Assembly (NCBI GenBank): GCA_018819225.1
Contig: JAHJQN010000002.1
Span: 913 to 64,912, forward strand
Direction of reading: 5' to 3'
From: Candidatus Micrarchaeota archaeon
Lineage (GTDB): Archaea; Micrarchaeota; Micrarchaeia; Norongarragalinales; SBBD01
DNA length: 64,000 bases
The notes below the pieces were generated by a model. That model worked only from the letters and a program-made list of their open reading frames with translations, had not been told where the DNA came from and did not search any database. Shown here one piece after another: positions 48,377-62,600 of this stretch; within the stretch, counting starts at the first letter, position 1; the number at the start of each line of letters is the position of its first letter. Position numbers and translations under genes: made by a program.

Positions 48377-49405
48377 ATGCGCTTGCCCGCCATCGCGCTG
48401 TTACTCGCCTCGATTCTGGTCAGCGTCCACGCGCTTTCCATTGAAGACGAAGCGAGCTTCTACGCGGAGCCCGGGGAAAAATCGGCGTATGCCCCCTTGT
48501 TATACGACGGACAAGACTATTTCTTGATTCTCGTCGATAATCGTCCGGTGGCTTTGCTGACGCGGGAGGGAATAGATCTCGTGATCGTTCAAGACACACG
48601 ATTCATTGACCTCATTCTCCGGGAATTCGTTGCCGCAGGCTTTCCATCCATCCTACTGGTTACGGAGGAAGGAAAGTCTTATGCATCCGTTCTGAAAAAC
48701 GAGCAGTTTTTACGCCAGCCCGCTGCGGAAAGACGAAAGATCATTTACTCGCGCGACATCGCCTATCGCGACCTGTTAGTGCGGCGCGATATCCTGTTCA
48801 AAAAATTGAACGCTTTGAGGGAAGTCGAGCTCGTGGCCCTGGATGACGATCTCGTGATTCTCAACCAGTTATTGCGCGACATGCGGCAGGCGCATTCGTT
48901 GGAGGCCGTGGAAAAATTTGCTTCGCGTTTCGATACCCGTTTGGAGCCCGCGGTCGATCGCGTCGAAAACTTGGAATCCATTGTCGAAGCGCATTACCTG
49001 GCTTCAAGAGGCATAGCGAACGCGTCGCGTGCCATCGATAAGGCGCTCATTCGTTTCGGAACGGATTCCGAGCTCTTAAAAGAGCTTAAACGGGATCTGC
49101 TGGCTCTGGAGTACGACATGACGCAGTTGGAAGCGAGCATCAGCACCGGCAAACCCCTTGAAACGCGCGATTTTTCTCCCATTGCCACGGGCGCGCGAGT
49201 CATTCTCCGCGAATCGGAAGGAAAAACCGCATTCCCCTGGGTATGGTACGCCTTCTCTCTCATATTGCTTGGGCTCTTGGTTGCAGGAAGTTATTTGTTC
49301 TATAAGAAATACCGTCCGCGCTCGCCGAAAGAAGCATTGACAATAGGCCAGCGCATCCTGCGCAACTTTCGCTTGTTTGAAGAAAAAGAGGAACGGAACT
49401 CTTAA
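48377..49405 (+). CDS. Exported helical protein with C-terminal TM anchor
   Basis: Signal peptide, coiled-coil-like middle, TM followed by KKYR. Confidence 0.7.
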   Translation: MRLPAIALLLASILVSVHALSIEDEASFYAEPGEKSAYAPLLYDGQDYFLILVDNRPVALLTREGIDLVIVQDTRFIDLILREFVAAGFPSILLVTEEGKSYASVLKNEQFLRQPAAERRKIIYSRDIAYRDLLVRRDILFKKLNALREVELVALDDDLVILNQLLRDMRQAHSLEAVEKFASRFDTRLEPAVDRVENLESIVEAHYLASRGIANASRAIDKALIRFGTDSELLKELKRDLLALEYDMTQLEASISTGKPLETRDFSPIATGARVILRESEGKTAFPWVWYAFSLILLGLLVAGSYLFYKKYRPRSPKEALTIGQRILRNFRLFEEKEERNS

Positions 49406-49671
49406 GGCGAGGTTGGCTCGGCCACGTGTTCGGCGACAATCTCGAAATCCTTGTCCCGCGCGGAACGCGTTGAGGTCTTGTTTTTCATATCCTCTTTCAG
49501 CTGCTTCGCCTCCCCCATGATTTTATCCGCATACGTTTCCATTTCCTTCAGTCGGCGTTCTTGCCGCTGAAGCAAGCGCTCCTCGTTTTGTTTCATTTTC
49601 GTTAGCATGTACGCGAATACCGTTAAAGCGCCTGCCAGCCACACGGCCATGAACAGAATGGAATCCGCCAT
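49402..49671 (-). CDS. Small membrane-anchored coiled-coil protein
   Basis: GGAGG RBS; MADSILFMAVWLAGALTVF followed by a charged helix. Confidence 0.65.
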   Translation of the reverse strand: MADSILFMAVWLAGALTVFAYMLTKMKQNEERLLQRQERRLKEMETYADKIMGEAKQLKEDMKNKTSTRSARDKDFEIVAEHVAEPTSP

Positions 49672-49732
49672 ATCCCTCCAGTGCTTTCTCGAGATCACTA
49701 GTTAAAAGACAAGGGGGTTTGCGCACGAAAGC

Positions 49733-50335
49733 CTACGACGCCAAGTCGAACCAAATATCGTAGCTCATATACGACGACGTTTTGGCGACAACGATTTCAT
49801 AGCTGAGCGTCCCGAACCCGTTCGTCGAGGTAAACGCGGAAATTTCCGTGCAGAAGAAGTAGTTGGACGGAGCCGCCGCATCATAGAATATTCCGGTCAA
49901 GCGGTTGTCCGTCGTATTCAATTTGTTCACGCTGGATGTATTGCATACGGTGTCCTGCGTATCGAAATGGTTGCTCGTAACGTAGTATCCGGTCAGCGAG
50001 AAGTTGCCGTCCGTGTTCGCGGTCGTTGGCGCTGCCGAGAAGGGTTCGGTCGGCGTATCCCCTTCATCGAAAAAGAATAGTTTTCCGTAATGGACGGTTT
50101 TCCGGTACATGACGTTTCCCAGAGAGGTGTCGTTTCGGACCTCGAAGCTTACGTTGCCGTAAAAGCCCACGTATTGCTGCATTCGACCCGCTACCGACAT
50201 GTTGCGCGAGGTCCCGTTATTGGTCGGCACGGGCTCCGCCGTATTATCGGATTGCTCGACTGCTGCCCAAACGAACGTCACGAGAAGCGCGAACGCTATA
50301 GGCAACGCGAGAGACAGTACTCTCTTATTCCTCAT
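49733..50335 (-). CDS. Secreted beta-rich surface protein
   Basis: Signal peptide; QQYVGFYGNVS; two Cys; several sequons; no anchor. Confidence 0.7.
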   Translation of the reverse strand: MRNKRVLSLALPIAFALLVTFVWAAVEQSDNTAEPVPTNNGTSRNMSVAGRMQQYVGFYGNVSFEVRNDTSLGNVMYRKTVHYGKLFFFDEGDTPTEPFSAAPTTANTDGNFSLTGYYVTSNHFDTQDTVCNTSSVNKLNTTDNRLTGIFYDAAAPSNYFFCTEISAFTSTNGFGTLSYEIVVAKTSSYMSYDIWFDLAS

Positions 50336-50629
50336 GTGCATCGGTCCTGTGAAACGGTTTTTCTACCAAAACAGTCGCTCCAAGACTGTCCAAAAACCTT
50401 GTTTGATGGGTACGCTTCATCAACGCAAGGTGCTTTATTAATCTTATTGTATGGGTTCCGAACGAATTTTGGTGCGATGATTAACGAATTCTTCCTCGTA
50501 GATTTTAAGGGATTCTGCACCGGGATGAAAGAGTAGGTTTTTAAGGGATTGCTCAATAACGAATGCAGGTTTTCGCGAGGCAATTTGCAGGAATTTTCGC
50601 TTCGTTGTAGGGAGGGGGTTGTACCGTAA

Positions 50630-53600
50630 GTGAAGCATGCTGAGCCACTCAGGCGGAGAAGCCAGACCACGCTACTTTTTTCCTTAGTTTGGCTCACCTT
50701 TTTCGTTGGATTCCTGTTTCAAGCCATTGGCATTGTCAGCGAAACCGCGGTCTCGAATCCCATCGCATTGCAAGAAGAACTGCAGGCCCCGACTCCAGCC
50801 CCGACCCCTGTTCCCTCGCTTCTTCCTTCACAAACTCCTTCTTCTGCTCCTTCACCTGAAACCACTACGACTCCTGTTCCTACGCCTTTCCCTCCCGATG
50901 AAGAAAACCTTTCGCTTACCCCTACTCCTTCAACGGATGCCTCGCCTGCTCCTACTCCCGATTCAACGCCCCTCCCTTCCTCAAGCGCTTATCCTTCATT
51001 GAACGTAACCGCTGCACCCACCCCGGATTCAACCGCAACTCCTTCACTGGAAGCGAATGCCACGCCCACGATCAACGTTACGGTTGCTCCCACCCCTATG
51101 ATCAACGTCACCGCGATCCCAACCATTAATGCGACTCCGACTATTCCCATTAACGCCACGCCTTCCCCTACTGCAAATGAGACGCCGACCCCTACGATCA
51201 AACCTCCAGCAAACGAAACAAACCAAACCAATGAAACGAATGACACGCTTACCTTGCTAACGCTCCAGATTTCCGAACCCGTTTATGCGGATCGGGATTT
51301 CATTGTAGACGCGGTTCTAACCACGGAACTCGGGGCCCCGGTAATGAACGCGATTATTTCTTTGGAAGTAATACGCGAGTTTCAAGCCGTTGAATACGGA
51401 AGCGACGTGCGCAATGAACCCCTTTCTGCGACAACGAATGAAGCCGGCATAGCGTCCTTCACCTTAAACTTGAACGCCGGTACGCATACCTTGAAGGCGT
51501 TGTTTGAAGGAAACGAGGCATTCCAATTACTTCCCTCGGAAGCGCGCAAAAAGCTTCGCGTCATCGCACTCGAGCCTGGTCAAGCGGCTACCCAACTCAT
51601 TCTCACCTTGAACACTACAACCCCAATCCCCAATGAGGCTATCTTAGCTGAGGGTTTTCTTTCTTTCGTGAACGGCTCGGGCATTCCGAACGAAAGCGTT
51701 CAGTTTTCTGTTGATGATGAATGGCTTGGAAATGCGGGCACGAACGAAAACGGTTCCGTCTTTATGCAATACGCGGTTCCCGAAGGAATGAACGGCACGC
51801 ATTTCCTTGAAGCCCTTTTCAATGGAACCGCGAATCTTACTTCCTCGTTTGATTCGGTTGCATTTACGATAACGATTCCTTCCTCGAATGAAACCAACCA
51901 GACCAACCAAACGAATCAGACGAACCAAACCAACGGAACGGATCTTAACGGAACCCACCAGACGTTCTTGAAATTGGATGTTCCGGCCCTGCACTTGCGA
52001 AACGACCCTCTACACGTTCGCGTGCGCGCGTCCGTTCCCAACACCTCGTTCGTTTTGTGGCTGGAGGTTCCCGAAACCTTTTTTGCAGTCAATCGAACCG
52101 CCACCTCCTGCGAGAACTCGTGCGCGTGGGACGTCGAACTCGATGCCTCCCAATCCTGGCCCGGTGAAAAAGAAATTACGGTGCACTTGGAGTCTCCTGA
52201 ACAGAACCTTTCCGAAAGCGCTTCTCTGGCTTTGCTGGGCCGCTCCGAGTTGCACCTTTCGTTGAACGCTTCTTCCGTGCGAGCTAATGAAACCGTTCAA
52301 GCCCGCGTTTACCTGCAGCTCGACAGCGAAGACGTACTGGAAGCGTATCCCGTCGAGTTCTTTGTAGACAATGAAAGCGCGGGAAAGAACGAAACCAATG
52401 AAACCGGGGAAGCGCTCTTCGATTACGCGCCCCCTTCATCCAAGAAACGCGTGCGCGCCCTGCAAGCGGTTTTCGCGGGAACGGATTACATTCTACCGGC
52501 TTCTTCCATCGCCCTCTTCGAGAACGCGGACGCGCCCTCCCTGTTGACTGCGGACATCCGAGGCCTGCGTTCCCATTACACGGCCGGCGAAGAAATAGCG
52601 TTCGAGGTCCTAGCGCTCAACCAATACGCGGAAAAAGTTGATTCGGCAGGCATTGCGGTTTTACTTGAATACCCGGATGGAAATCAAACCTCTCTTCGCA
52701 TTAAGGAAAAAGAGGGCGTGCGATACGTTTCCTTCCCAAGAGGAGAACTGACGCTTCCCGGAATCTACAAAGTGAAAGTAGTCGCTTCTTATGTGAAAGG
52801 CGAGCCCACGCTTCAAGCCGCAACGGAAATCAGCGAAACCATCATTACCCCTTCGCCGACTTCCGGTTTCAAGGCCATTGAACGCATGCGCGAAATCGAG
52901 TCCTTGCAGCAAAACGTCCGCGCCACGGACTTGATTCCCACGCCTCTTGCGTTCGACGAACCCGAGGCCGGCGTTTCCATTTATCCGAATGTTGCGGGAT
53001 TCGATTCCCTCTCAATCGGAGAAAGCGTGGAGGGCGCTGCTGAAAAGGAATTTGCTCTCGGGCTCGTCAACATCAACACGAACCAAACCGTTTACGCCCC
53101 TTCATCCCTGGTCAACGTATTCGTTGGAGTGGTGGCGAACGACGGAGCGCGAGTTGACGGGGCAAACGTCAGCGTCAACATCACCTCTCCATCCGGACTC
53201 AACCAAAGCTTTTCCACAACGGACTACACGATCACGGACAACTGGAACGGCATCTACGATCTGAGCTACTTTGCAACGGAAGTCGGCGCGTATACTATCA
53301 CGGCGCATGCCGAGCGCTTCGATGTCAATCAAGTCGCCAACAGCACGTTTGAAATCCGCGCCTCTTTTCCCATGGATATTGACCGCGAGTTCTCTACGGT
53401 TATATGGCCCCAGCCGCAACTCGCGATATTCAATCTTCACGCCCGGGAAACGCTCCTGAATGCCTCGTTCACGGAATTCGTTCCGCACGGATTCGAAGTC
53501 TATTCGAGTCCCGAAGCCATCATCCAAAACAATTCCGAAAACGTTTCCATCACGTGGCCGCTTGGCGATGTGGCAGCCGGAACGGACCTGCAATTGTTTT

Positions 53601-56600
53601 ACCGTTACACGCCTCCCCCTGAATCGCCTCGCCTCTATCCCTTGGGTGCGGCACGCCTGGATTACGATCTCGGCGGCTTCGAGGAAACGCGTCCCTTCTC
53701 GCTTTCCGTGGACGACTGGGGGTTCATCCACGACTTCACGTTCTACTACGATTCCTCGTTCGGAGGTTCCAATCCGACGCCGTGGCATCCCATGGCGTTA
53801 TGCGCCAACACTTCCTACAACGTCAGCGTCGGCATCACGAACCTGCATTCAGGCGCGGACACCGACGAGGACATCATCATCCAGAGCGCTACGGGCGCCG
53901 TGTTTTCCGCGCTGCCTTCCAACGGCTGGAATCTTGGCGCGGGGGACACCGGGACCCACAAACTGCGGCTCTGCGACTCGGACGGAGGTACCGGAGGGTG
54001 CGCCGACCCGGTCTATGCACGCAACCGCACGGACTACAACGTTTCCGCGAACAAGACCGGCACGTTTACGCTGCGCTCGTACATGATTCAGCGGAACGGA
54101 GTCGTGCAGTTCTTCAGCAACCGACAGCAAGTGCAAGTGTTCCAGTGTACGGGAGTCGCGCAAGCCAATCGTCCTTTACGCGCGCTTGGAACGGACGGCC
54201 ACCCCAACCAGCTCATCCGGGGAACCGTAAACACGATCGCCATGCCCTTGTTCAACTACGAAACCAGCGCTCAAAACGCGGTCAACGTCACGCTCGAAGT
54301 CAAGGACGTTACCCTCTCGACCATGGATTGGTGGACGGAGGAAAATCTTACGCAGACGCGCGACTTTTCCGGCTCAACGCTTGGTGTCAATCCCTCGTTC
54401 AACGAAAGCGTTGTTCGTTGGCGAGTACACGTTCCCGCTGACGCCGACGACGTAACCTTCACGGCGAACGTGAACGTGAGCTACTCTGGCGGCTCGCGCG
54501 TTTACTCTACGCAATTCACGCTTCAACCGCTACCCATCGTGTTATACACGGGCCTTGCAAACTATACGACGGACACAACATCGAACGTAAACGATCGAAC
54601 CAACCAGACCATCGGCTTCTGCAACTTCTACGATCGTCCGGTTAATGCGACGCTGCGAGAGGAATGTCCGGGAGCGTATTTCTGCAGGACGAGCAACCCC
54701 GTTGTATCCGATCCCATGCCCGACGTAAACCTTGAAGGATTTCTCGAATGGCAGAACCGTAGTCTGGATCCCAGCCAATGCTTCGGAACGGCCATCGAGT
54801 ATTATCACGCCGATGAAAACCCGGGAGTGCATACGTTCGTGCAGACCGTGATCTGGGACGATGGATTGCTTGGAATCGATGAGTTCCTTTCTGTTTCCCA
54901 ATACAATGCGGATCAAACCGCCCCCTATGCCATCATCTCCAATGATAATGTGTCTGAAAACGCGAACACGTCCGTAGCACAGAACGCTACTTTCTCACCA
55001 GTGCTCCGAATCGTCAACCGCGGAGGCGCGCAAGGCAATAATATGCTCCGCATGCACTACAACGAGCTATGGGTTCCGCAAGGCTTCTCTCGGCCGCAAG
55101 CTTTCGTCGGTATCCCCTCTGGATCCGGAGGTTCTTCACCGCTGCTACCCGGTTTCCCCATCGGCTCCGAGGAAGAAGGCTGGTGGAGCAAGTTCGTGAG
55201 CTTTTCGGAAGAAAACGAATTGGCCGAGGCAACTGGCGAACTCTACGTGAATTTCAAGACCAACGCGTCCTTCACCGTAGATTATCCTCCCGGAGGAAAG
55301 CTCTTCCAGTTCTGGAGCAACGGAGGTGTTGACTCCCCGCTTCCGCGCCAGTACCGCATGATGCAGCAGAAGTACGTCGTAGAGGTCAAAGGCCCGGAAA
55401 TCAAGACCGTTCGAAGAATTTACAACGAGAGCACGGGCCAGTGGACGAAAAACATTCCGGACACGCTGACCTGCGGAACCTACAATTTCAGCATCGAGGT
55501 CATCAACCGCGGCAACTGGAACGTGACTGGAGCCATTGTAAACGAAACGTTCCCATCACAAGTGTCGGCAGGCAACTTCACTCCCTCGAACGATTCCGGA
55601 GGCGATTATTTCGCGTACTGGAACGAGGGAAGCGGCTTGAATTTGTACGCGAACGGAACCTTGGGCTCCCGGTTCTACAACTACACGTTCACGCTTCCCC
55701 TCGGAACCGCGAACGATACCGTCTTCAGAGTCAACGTCACGAACGGGTCCAATTACGTGGACCATTACGGCCAATTTTATTCCATTGATCTGGTTTGCAC
55801 GGACATTCCGCAGTTCCGTAGCGTGAACGTCACGAACCAGACCATGGGCTGGGGGTTCACGAAAAACTTTTCCGTTGAAGTCTTCAGCCAATTCCACAAC
55901 CTGACCGTCAACTTGTCGGTTTCCCAAAATCCTGCAAGCGGTTTCCAGACCATCAACTGGACTTTCGTGAACGATTCGGGGAACTGGGGGTGGGCGAACT
56001 TCACGCAAAGCTTCAATTCTACCGATGTGGGCACGTGGTACTTCAAGTTCCAGGCGTGGGACGAGGATGACAACAGCAACTCGAGCATCGTTGACGTCGT
56101 CGAAACCTTTTACGTTGTCCAAAAGGACACCGTAACCGCGCAGCACATTTTCGGTAACCTCAGTACATCCAACCGTTCAGGTTCCCAAGTCGCGCCGTTG
56201 ATCGTGCGCCTGACGGACACGAACGGCTCCGTGCTGGACGGACAGGAAATCAACGTTTCCGTTACCACGGACGGAATTTCCTTCGGCTCCGCCACGGCCA
56301 ACATCACTAACGGGTCCGGCGACGTTCACCTGGATTTCGATGCCACATGCGTTCCGCTGTATTCGGTCGGGACCCAGCGATGGAAAGTAGAAATTTCCGG
56401 CAGTGCAGCGTACAACGACTTCACGAGCGAATTGTATTATCTCTATGTACGGGGCAATCTGCTCAACAACCAGTCGGATCCCACGGGCGCCAGCAATTTC
56501 ACTGAAGGGGACGACGTCACGATTCTGGGGAGCGTGACCGACGACTGCACCACCTACCAGCCAGGGGCTACGGTCCAGTTCAATTTGACGGGCGACTGGA

Positions 56601-59600
56601 AATACTATCAATGCACTCCGACGAACGATCTGGGAGGGGGATTCTATCGATGTATTTGGGAAACAAATGGCTTGTATGGCGGATGGTACAACGTCACTCA
56701 GAACTCCTCGCTTGCGAATCATTACCAAAACTTCAGCGTTGCAAACAACTACTCGAATCCCGGAGGCAGTTTGTTCTACTTGTACGGAAAAGTCAAGCTA
56801 TCCGGACCCAACGCAACGCCTACCGGAGAAGGCTGGGGGCGGGCGGTCAACTACAGCGTCAATTATACCGCCCCGCATCCGGATGTGGCATCCACGGCTC
56901 GCCTGGAGCTCGAGTGTCCTGGTTGCAGCCCCGAAGTGCTTCCGTTCGAAGTCTCTCCGCAATACGATTGCGTGGGCTGCGACAACGTATCCGCGAGCTG
57001 GAATTACAATTATTCTTGTACGACGATCGGAACGTGGTATTACACGTTCCGAGGAAATACGTCGGAAGGAACGAGTTCCGCGACTTCGCAATTCAATCAC
57101 TTGGTTACGAAAGACACGGAGACCATTGATTATTACGCGGGAAATAATACGATCGCTAATCGATCCGGCAGCCAAGTCCGAGCCATTTCAGTTATCGTTA
57201 ACGATACCGATCGAAATCTGGCTCCGGATCCCGCGGCAACGGTCTGGTTTAATGTAAGCACCAATTCTTCCGCCAATGTCTCGTTGGGAAGCAATTCCAC
57301 GAATACGACGGGAGTCGCTTTTTACGATTTCAACCCGTCTTGCGATTACGGTGTGGGGTATCGGAACTGGAGCGCGTTCATCAATTCAACTGAAGCGTGT
57401 TATGCCGTAAACGGGACGAGCATCCTAAACGTTTCCGTGTACGGAGATTTCGCTTTCAACGTCACGGATCCCAACGGCGACGAATACGTTGCGGGAAACA
57501 TCACGAACATCAGCGTGGAAGTGCAGGACGAGTGCGGCTTGCTTCTCACGGATATCGCAACCAACCGCATCTGGTTCTCGATCGCAGGGCCTTTCAACAC
57601 GACGGTATGCGATTCCACGAACATCACCAGCATGGGAAACGGCACCTACATTTGTACGTGGAATACGACGAATTACTGGGCCGGCTATTACGATGTGACG
57701 ATCAACGCCACAAAAGATTTCTACAACTACTATGAGCACTTGGACAACAACACGGTGCGCTTGTTGTCCCCCAACAACACCGCGCCCCTCGTATTGAACG
57801 AAAGCGTTTCCCCGGATCCCGGCGGCTGGAGCGACTCGTTCAATTTCTCTGTTCGCGTCCAGGACGCGGAGAGCAACAACGTGTTCGTCGCATTATACGA
57901 TGCGAACACGACCGTGGGTCCGTTCCGTCATTTCGAGAACCAGACTTGCACTTCCTGTAACGATCAGCAAGTCAATTTCACGATCGACAAGACCATACAC
58001 AATTACACGTGCGCCGACATGGGGACGAAGTACTATAAGTTCAATGCCACGGACGATGAGGGCATCACGAACGAGTCCGTGGTTTCAAACTGGACGATCG
58101 AGGAAGACAATACGACTGCGTTGCACTACGCGGGAAACGAATCGTATGTCAACCGGTCGGGCACGAACTCCACCTTATTGTACATTCAAGTCAACGACAC
58201 CGACAACCAGTCGTTCGTTCCCGCTGAAGTGAATTCCACGGTTTGGATTACGACGGACGGAAGCAATTACGATTTGGGAGGCGTCAACGTCACGAACGCG
58301 TCCGGAGTCACGAACCGGTCCTTCGATCCCTCGTGCAGTTACGCGGTGGGAGAACAGCGTTGGAAAGGAGGCGCCAGGGATGAAACGTGTTACGAGGACA
58401 CGAACTCCACGGACTACCTATCCGTTTACGTCGTCGGAGACTTTGTCCTCAACATTTCCGAACCCGTCAATCAGAATACGAGTAACATAACGGCAGGAAA
58501 CAACATCACGCTGAAGGCGGAGGTGCAGGACGAGTGCGGATTGCTGGTGGACGCGGCTTCGGTCAATTTCAGCGTCGAACACCGTGGAACCATATACGAT
58601 TGTCCCCTAACCGAAGAAAACGGCACGGGAATCTACAACTGCACGTTGCAGACGGACAATTTCATTGCGGGTTCCTACCAAGTGCACGTCGACGTCAACA
58701 AGACGTTCTACAATAATGCATCGACTACGAAGGATTACGCGTTCCACATCGAGAATGGAACGAACTTAACGGTTCAGAATGTAACTCCTCGCAGTTCGTA
58801 TTGGGGAGACACCTATAACTTCACTGTAAACGTCACGGATCCGGATGACAACACGACGGTTTACTTGTGGCAGAAGCGACCGGGGGGCACGTGGACATTC
58901 ATTTCGCAACAGGATTGTTTCAACTGCACGAACTCGCAGCTGCTTTTCCAAGACAGTTCGCACAGCGCGTGCTCGTTCTTCGGTAACTGGACGTGGAAAT
59001 TCAATGCCACGGACTCGTTTGGAAACCTTTCCTCGCTTTCGGATGACTGGTTCAACCTCACGAAACGAAATCTTATTACCGCATCTCGCGAAGGGGATTT
59101 GGATGCCTGGAAGCGTAACACGAATTCTTCGCAGATGACCATCGCGTTTATCGATGCAGTTGACCCGGATCTCGATATAGGAAGCGGAGTCGTTGGAACG
59201 CTTTACGTGACTACGAACAATTACACGTATGTTGGAAACGGCTCCAATACATCGGTCAATGGAAATGTATCGCGTATTTGGCAGCCCGCATGCGGTTTCG
59301 ATGTCGGACAACACGTGTTCAGCATCGGAGTAGCGGAAACCTCTTGTTATTTCGCAACGAATTCTTCAAACTACAGCGCCGAACTCTGGGCCCCTCCGTT
59401 GAACAACAATGCGACGCAGCCCCATAATGGCGCATGTTATTTGGTCGGCGATTCCATTACGATGAACGGAACCATTCACGATGAATGTGAAGCAGTGGTG
59501 GGAGCGTCCCCCGTTAACTTCTACGCGCAACGCAGCTCGTATTTCGCTGCAGGCGCCACGACGGATTTGGGCGCCGGAAACTACAGTGCAGACTGGGATT

Positions 59601-62600
59601 CCTCTGGACGATCCTACGGCGTCTACAACATTTCATTGAACAGCTCGAAATCCTACTACGATAAAGGAGAAAACAAGAGCATGGATGCGTTGCGCTTAGC
59701 GTCCGTTCCTCAACTCTGGAACCACACCGTCGATATTTCGAGTGATGGATGGGGAGTTCAGCGCCAAGTCAACGTCACGGCGCGCAACGGCGACGGAGAA
59801 AACTTCGATATTTTCTTCTGGGCGCGCGCTGCCGATGAAGCCTGGGAGCTCATGGATTCCCAGACGTGCAGCAATTGTCTCTTCGAGGAAGTGAAGACGT
59901 TCTATTTCATGAGCTCGTGCTCGAACTTGACGGCGAACGCCACGTGGGAGTACAAGTTCAACACTTCGGGAAGCAGCTCGTGCGGATCCTTCAGCAATGA
60001 AACCTCGGTTCAAAACTTCACGCTCGAAAAGGATAACGTATCCGTTTCCTTGCTGTCCATTGACACGAATGTTTCCCGAATTGATAGCAACCGGATTCAG
60101 CTTTCCGCTCGCGTGAACGACACGGACAACGGAACGCTCGTTGGCGCCAGCGTTAATTCCACGTTCTGGGTTACGTACAACTTCACTGCCTATGACCCGG
60201 GTTGGACGAACTTAACGAATGCCTCTGGAGAAACCATGTATTTCTTCAATCCGTGGTGTGCCTATAACGCCTCGATTCACTATTGGAAAGTGGGCGTATT
60301 GAACGATAGCTGCTACTCGAATAAGAATTCCACCGAGGGCTCCTTTGATGTCATCGGGCGCATGAATGTCACGATTGAAATTCCGCCCATTGAAGATACT
60401 TTCAATGTCACGGACGATATACCGATTTCTTGGAACGTCCAAAGCGATTGTTCGGAGGAAGGCTATTTACCGGATCTGGAGCCGACCACGGGATTCACGA
60501 ACGTCACCTTAATCTTCAATACCACGGGCAATCCTTCCTCGAATGCGTGTTCCCCGGTCAACAACTCGTACAACGGAACATACAATTGCTCGTGGAATAC
60601 CTCGGAGGAGCCTCAAGGCAATTGGACGATCCGCATTTTCGGAAACAGGACCTATTACGATGAGAACCAAACCGACTTCACGAACTGGATCAATCTTTCC
60701 AACCGGCAGACCAACGCGACGGATCCCATTGTCAACGTTTCCATGGACGGGTGGGGCGCCGTATTCCAGTTCAACACAACGGTGAGCGACCCCGAAGCGG
60801 ATGATGTTACTTGCAAGCTATTCGTTAACTCGGGAAGCGGATGGAAGGAGTTTGGTTCCGATGTGGTATACGGGGGGAGCGGAAACTGCAGCGTCGTTGT
60901 CAATAATTTCGCGTGCGGTGACATAAACAACGAATCCTCTTTCTTGTTCCAAATCGATGACAACGCGTCCGCCAAGCAATTCAATACCACTACCAACACG
61001 TCACTGAACTTGACGGAAGACGAGCTCATCGTATACTATATTTCAGGAAACTTCACGGATGTCAACCGAACCGGAACGAATACTTCCCTGTATCGAATGC
61101 GGGTTTATGACAATGACAATTTAGCGTTTGCTCCCGCGGGCGTCAATACTTCGGTCTGGGTGACCTTGAACAACGGCATCGCGTGGGATTCCGGCAACTA
61201 CTCGACGACGGATTCCAGCGGCTATATCGACTATAATTTCAATCCGACCTGCAGCTATACTGTCGGACAACAAAACTGGGTAGGCGGAGTGAGTAACGAC
61301 AATTGTTACTTGGATACGAACATCACGGAAACCATGAATCTCACGATTAATGGAACCATTAACTCGTACTTGGTCGGCCCCAACGGAACCGAAGTGCTTC
61401 GTGGAGACAATGTCACCATTCGGGTCAACGCCACGGATGATTGTAGCGTGGCTATGGAGAACGCGTCCTCCATGTTCTATGCCGTTCACCGGAATTCCTC
61501 AACGGGTTATGCGTGCGGCGATCCGCAAAATGAAGCCACGGGTTTCTACAACTGTACGCTCAACACCACGAGTTTCGCTCTCACGCACGGCGGCGGATTC
61601 TACAGCGCCATCAACCTCTCGCAGCCGTATTACATCAACGCCACGCTCAACATTTCTTATAACGCAACGAATTCATCGTTCTGGCATGAGCTGATTCCCC
61701 TTCTTTCCGACGAAGCCGTTACGCCTTCAACAGGAGGCTGGGGAGAAACGTTCTATTTCACCGTAAACGGAACGGACTACGACAATGACACGATCACGAT
61801 TTACGCGTACTTCAAGCAATTGACTCCCGTGGCGGGATCGTGGACCCTCTTAGGTTCGCAAGCCGTCACCGGATTCAACCAGACCGCGAATTTCACGAAA
61901 ACCTTCTCCACCGATCCCGCGAACATTGGCAACTGGAGCGTACGATTTAATGTAACGGAAGATGATGTCTGGAACTTTACGGCTCCGGATGTGAATTTCA
62001 CGGTGGAGAAAGACGATACGAATGTCACGTACGTTTCCGGCAACCTTTCGAACGTGAGCCGAATCGGCACCAACTTTACTACGCTGCGCTCGAGGGCTTT
62101 TGACGAGGACAAGGTGACTCAGAATATTGGGTCGCATGAAGGACGCTTCTGGATGACGAAAGACGGAACAAACTGGGATGCCGGCACGCAGATTTACACG
62201 AACGCATTCGGCAATTTCACGGTAACGAACGCGCAATTCGAACCGGATTGTACTTATGAAGTGGGTCCGCAGCAATGGAAGATGGGCTTGCTGGAAGCCG
62301 ACTTGTATAAAGCCTCCAACATGACGGCTAATGCGACTATTGATTTGCGCAGCGAATTCGATCCAGAAATGATCGGTCCGCGTAATGCCACGTACATCAA
62401 GGGTTCCGATGATGTTCCGTTGTACGCGAATCTATCGGATCTGGGCGGGTGCGGGCTCGTGAACGACAGTACGGTATATTTCCAAGTGGATTCCGCATAC
62501 GCCTGCGGGCAAGCAACGGATCTCGCGAACAATGGCACCTACAATTGTACGATTCCGGCAGCGATTATGGGTTCATGGGCATACGGATGGTATAACGTCA

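Noticed and set aside
50780-51250. Possible CRISPR or DNA tandem repeat
   Set aside because: Low-complexity Pro/Thr coding sequence without constant repeats and spacers.
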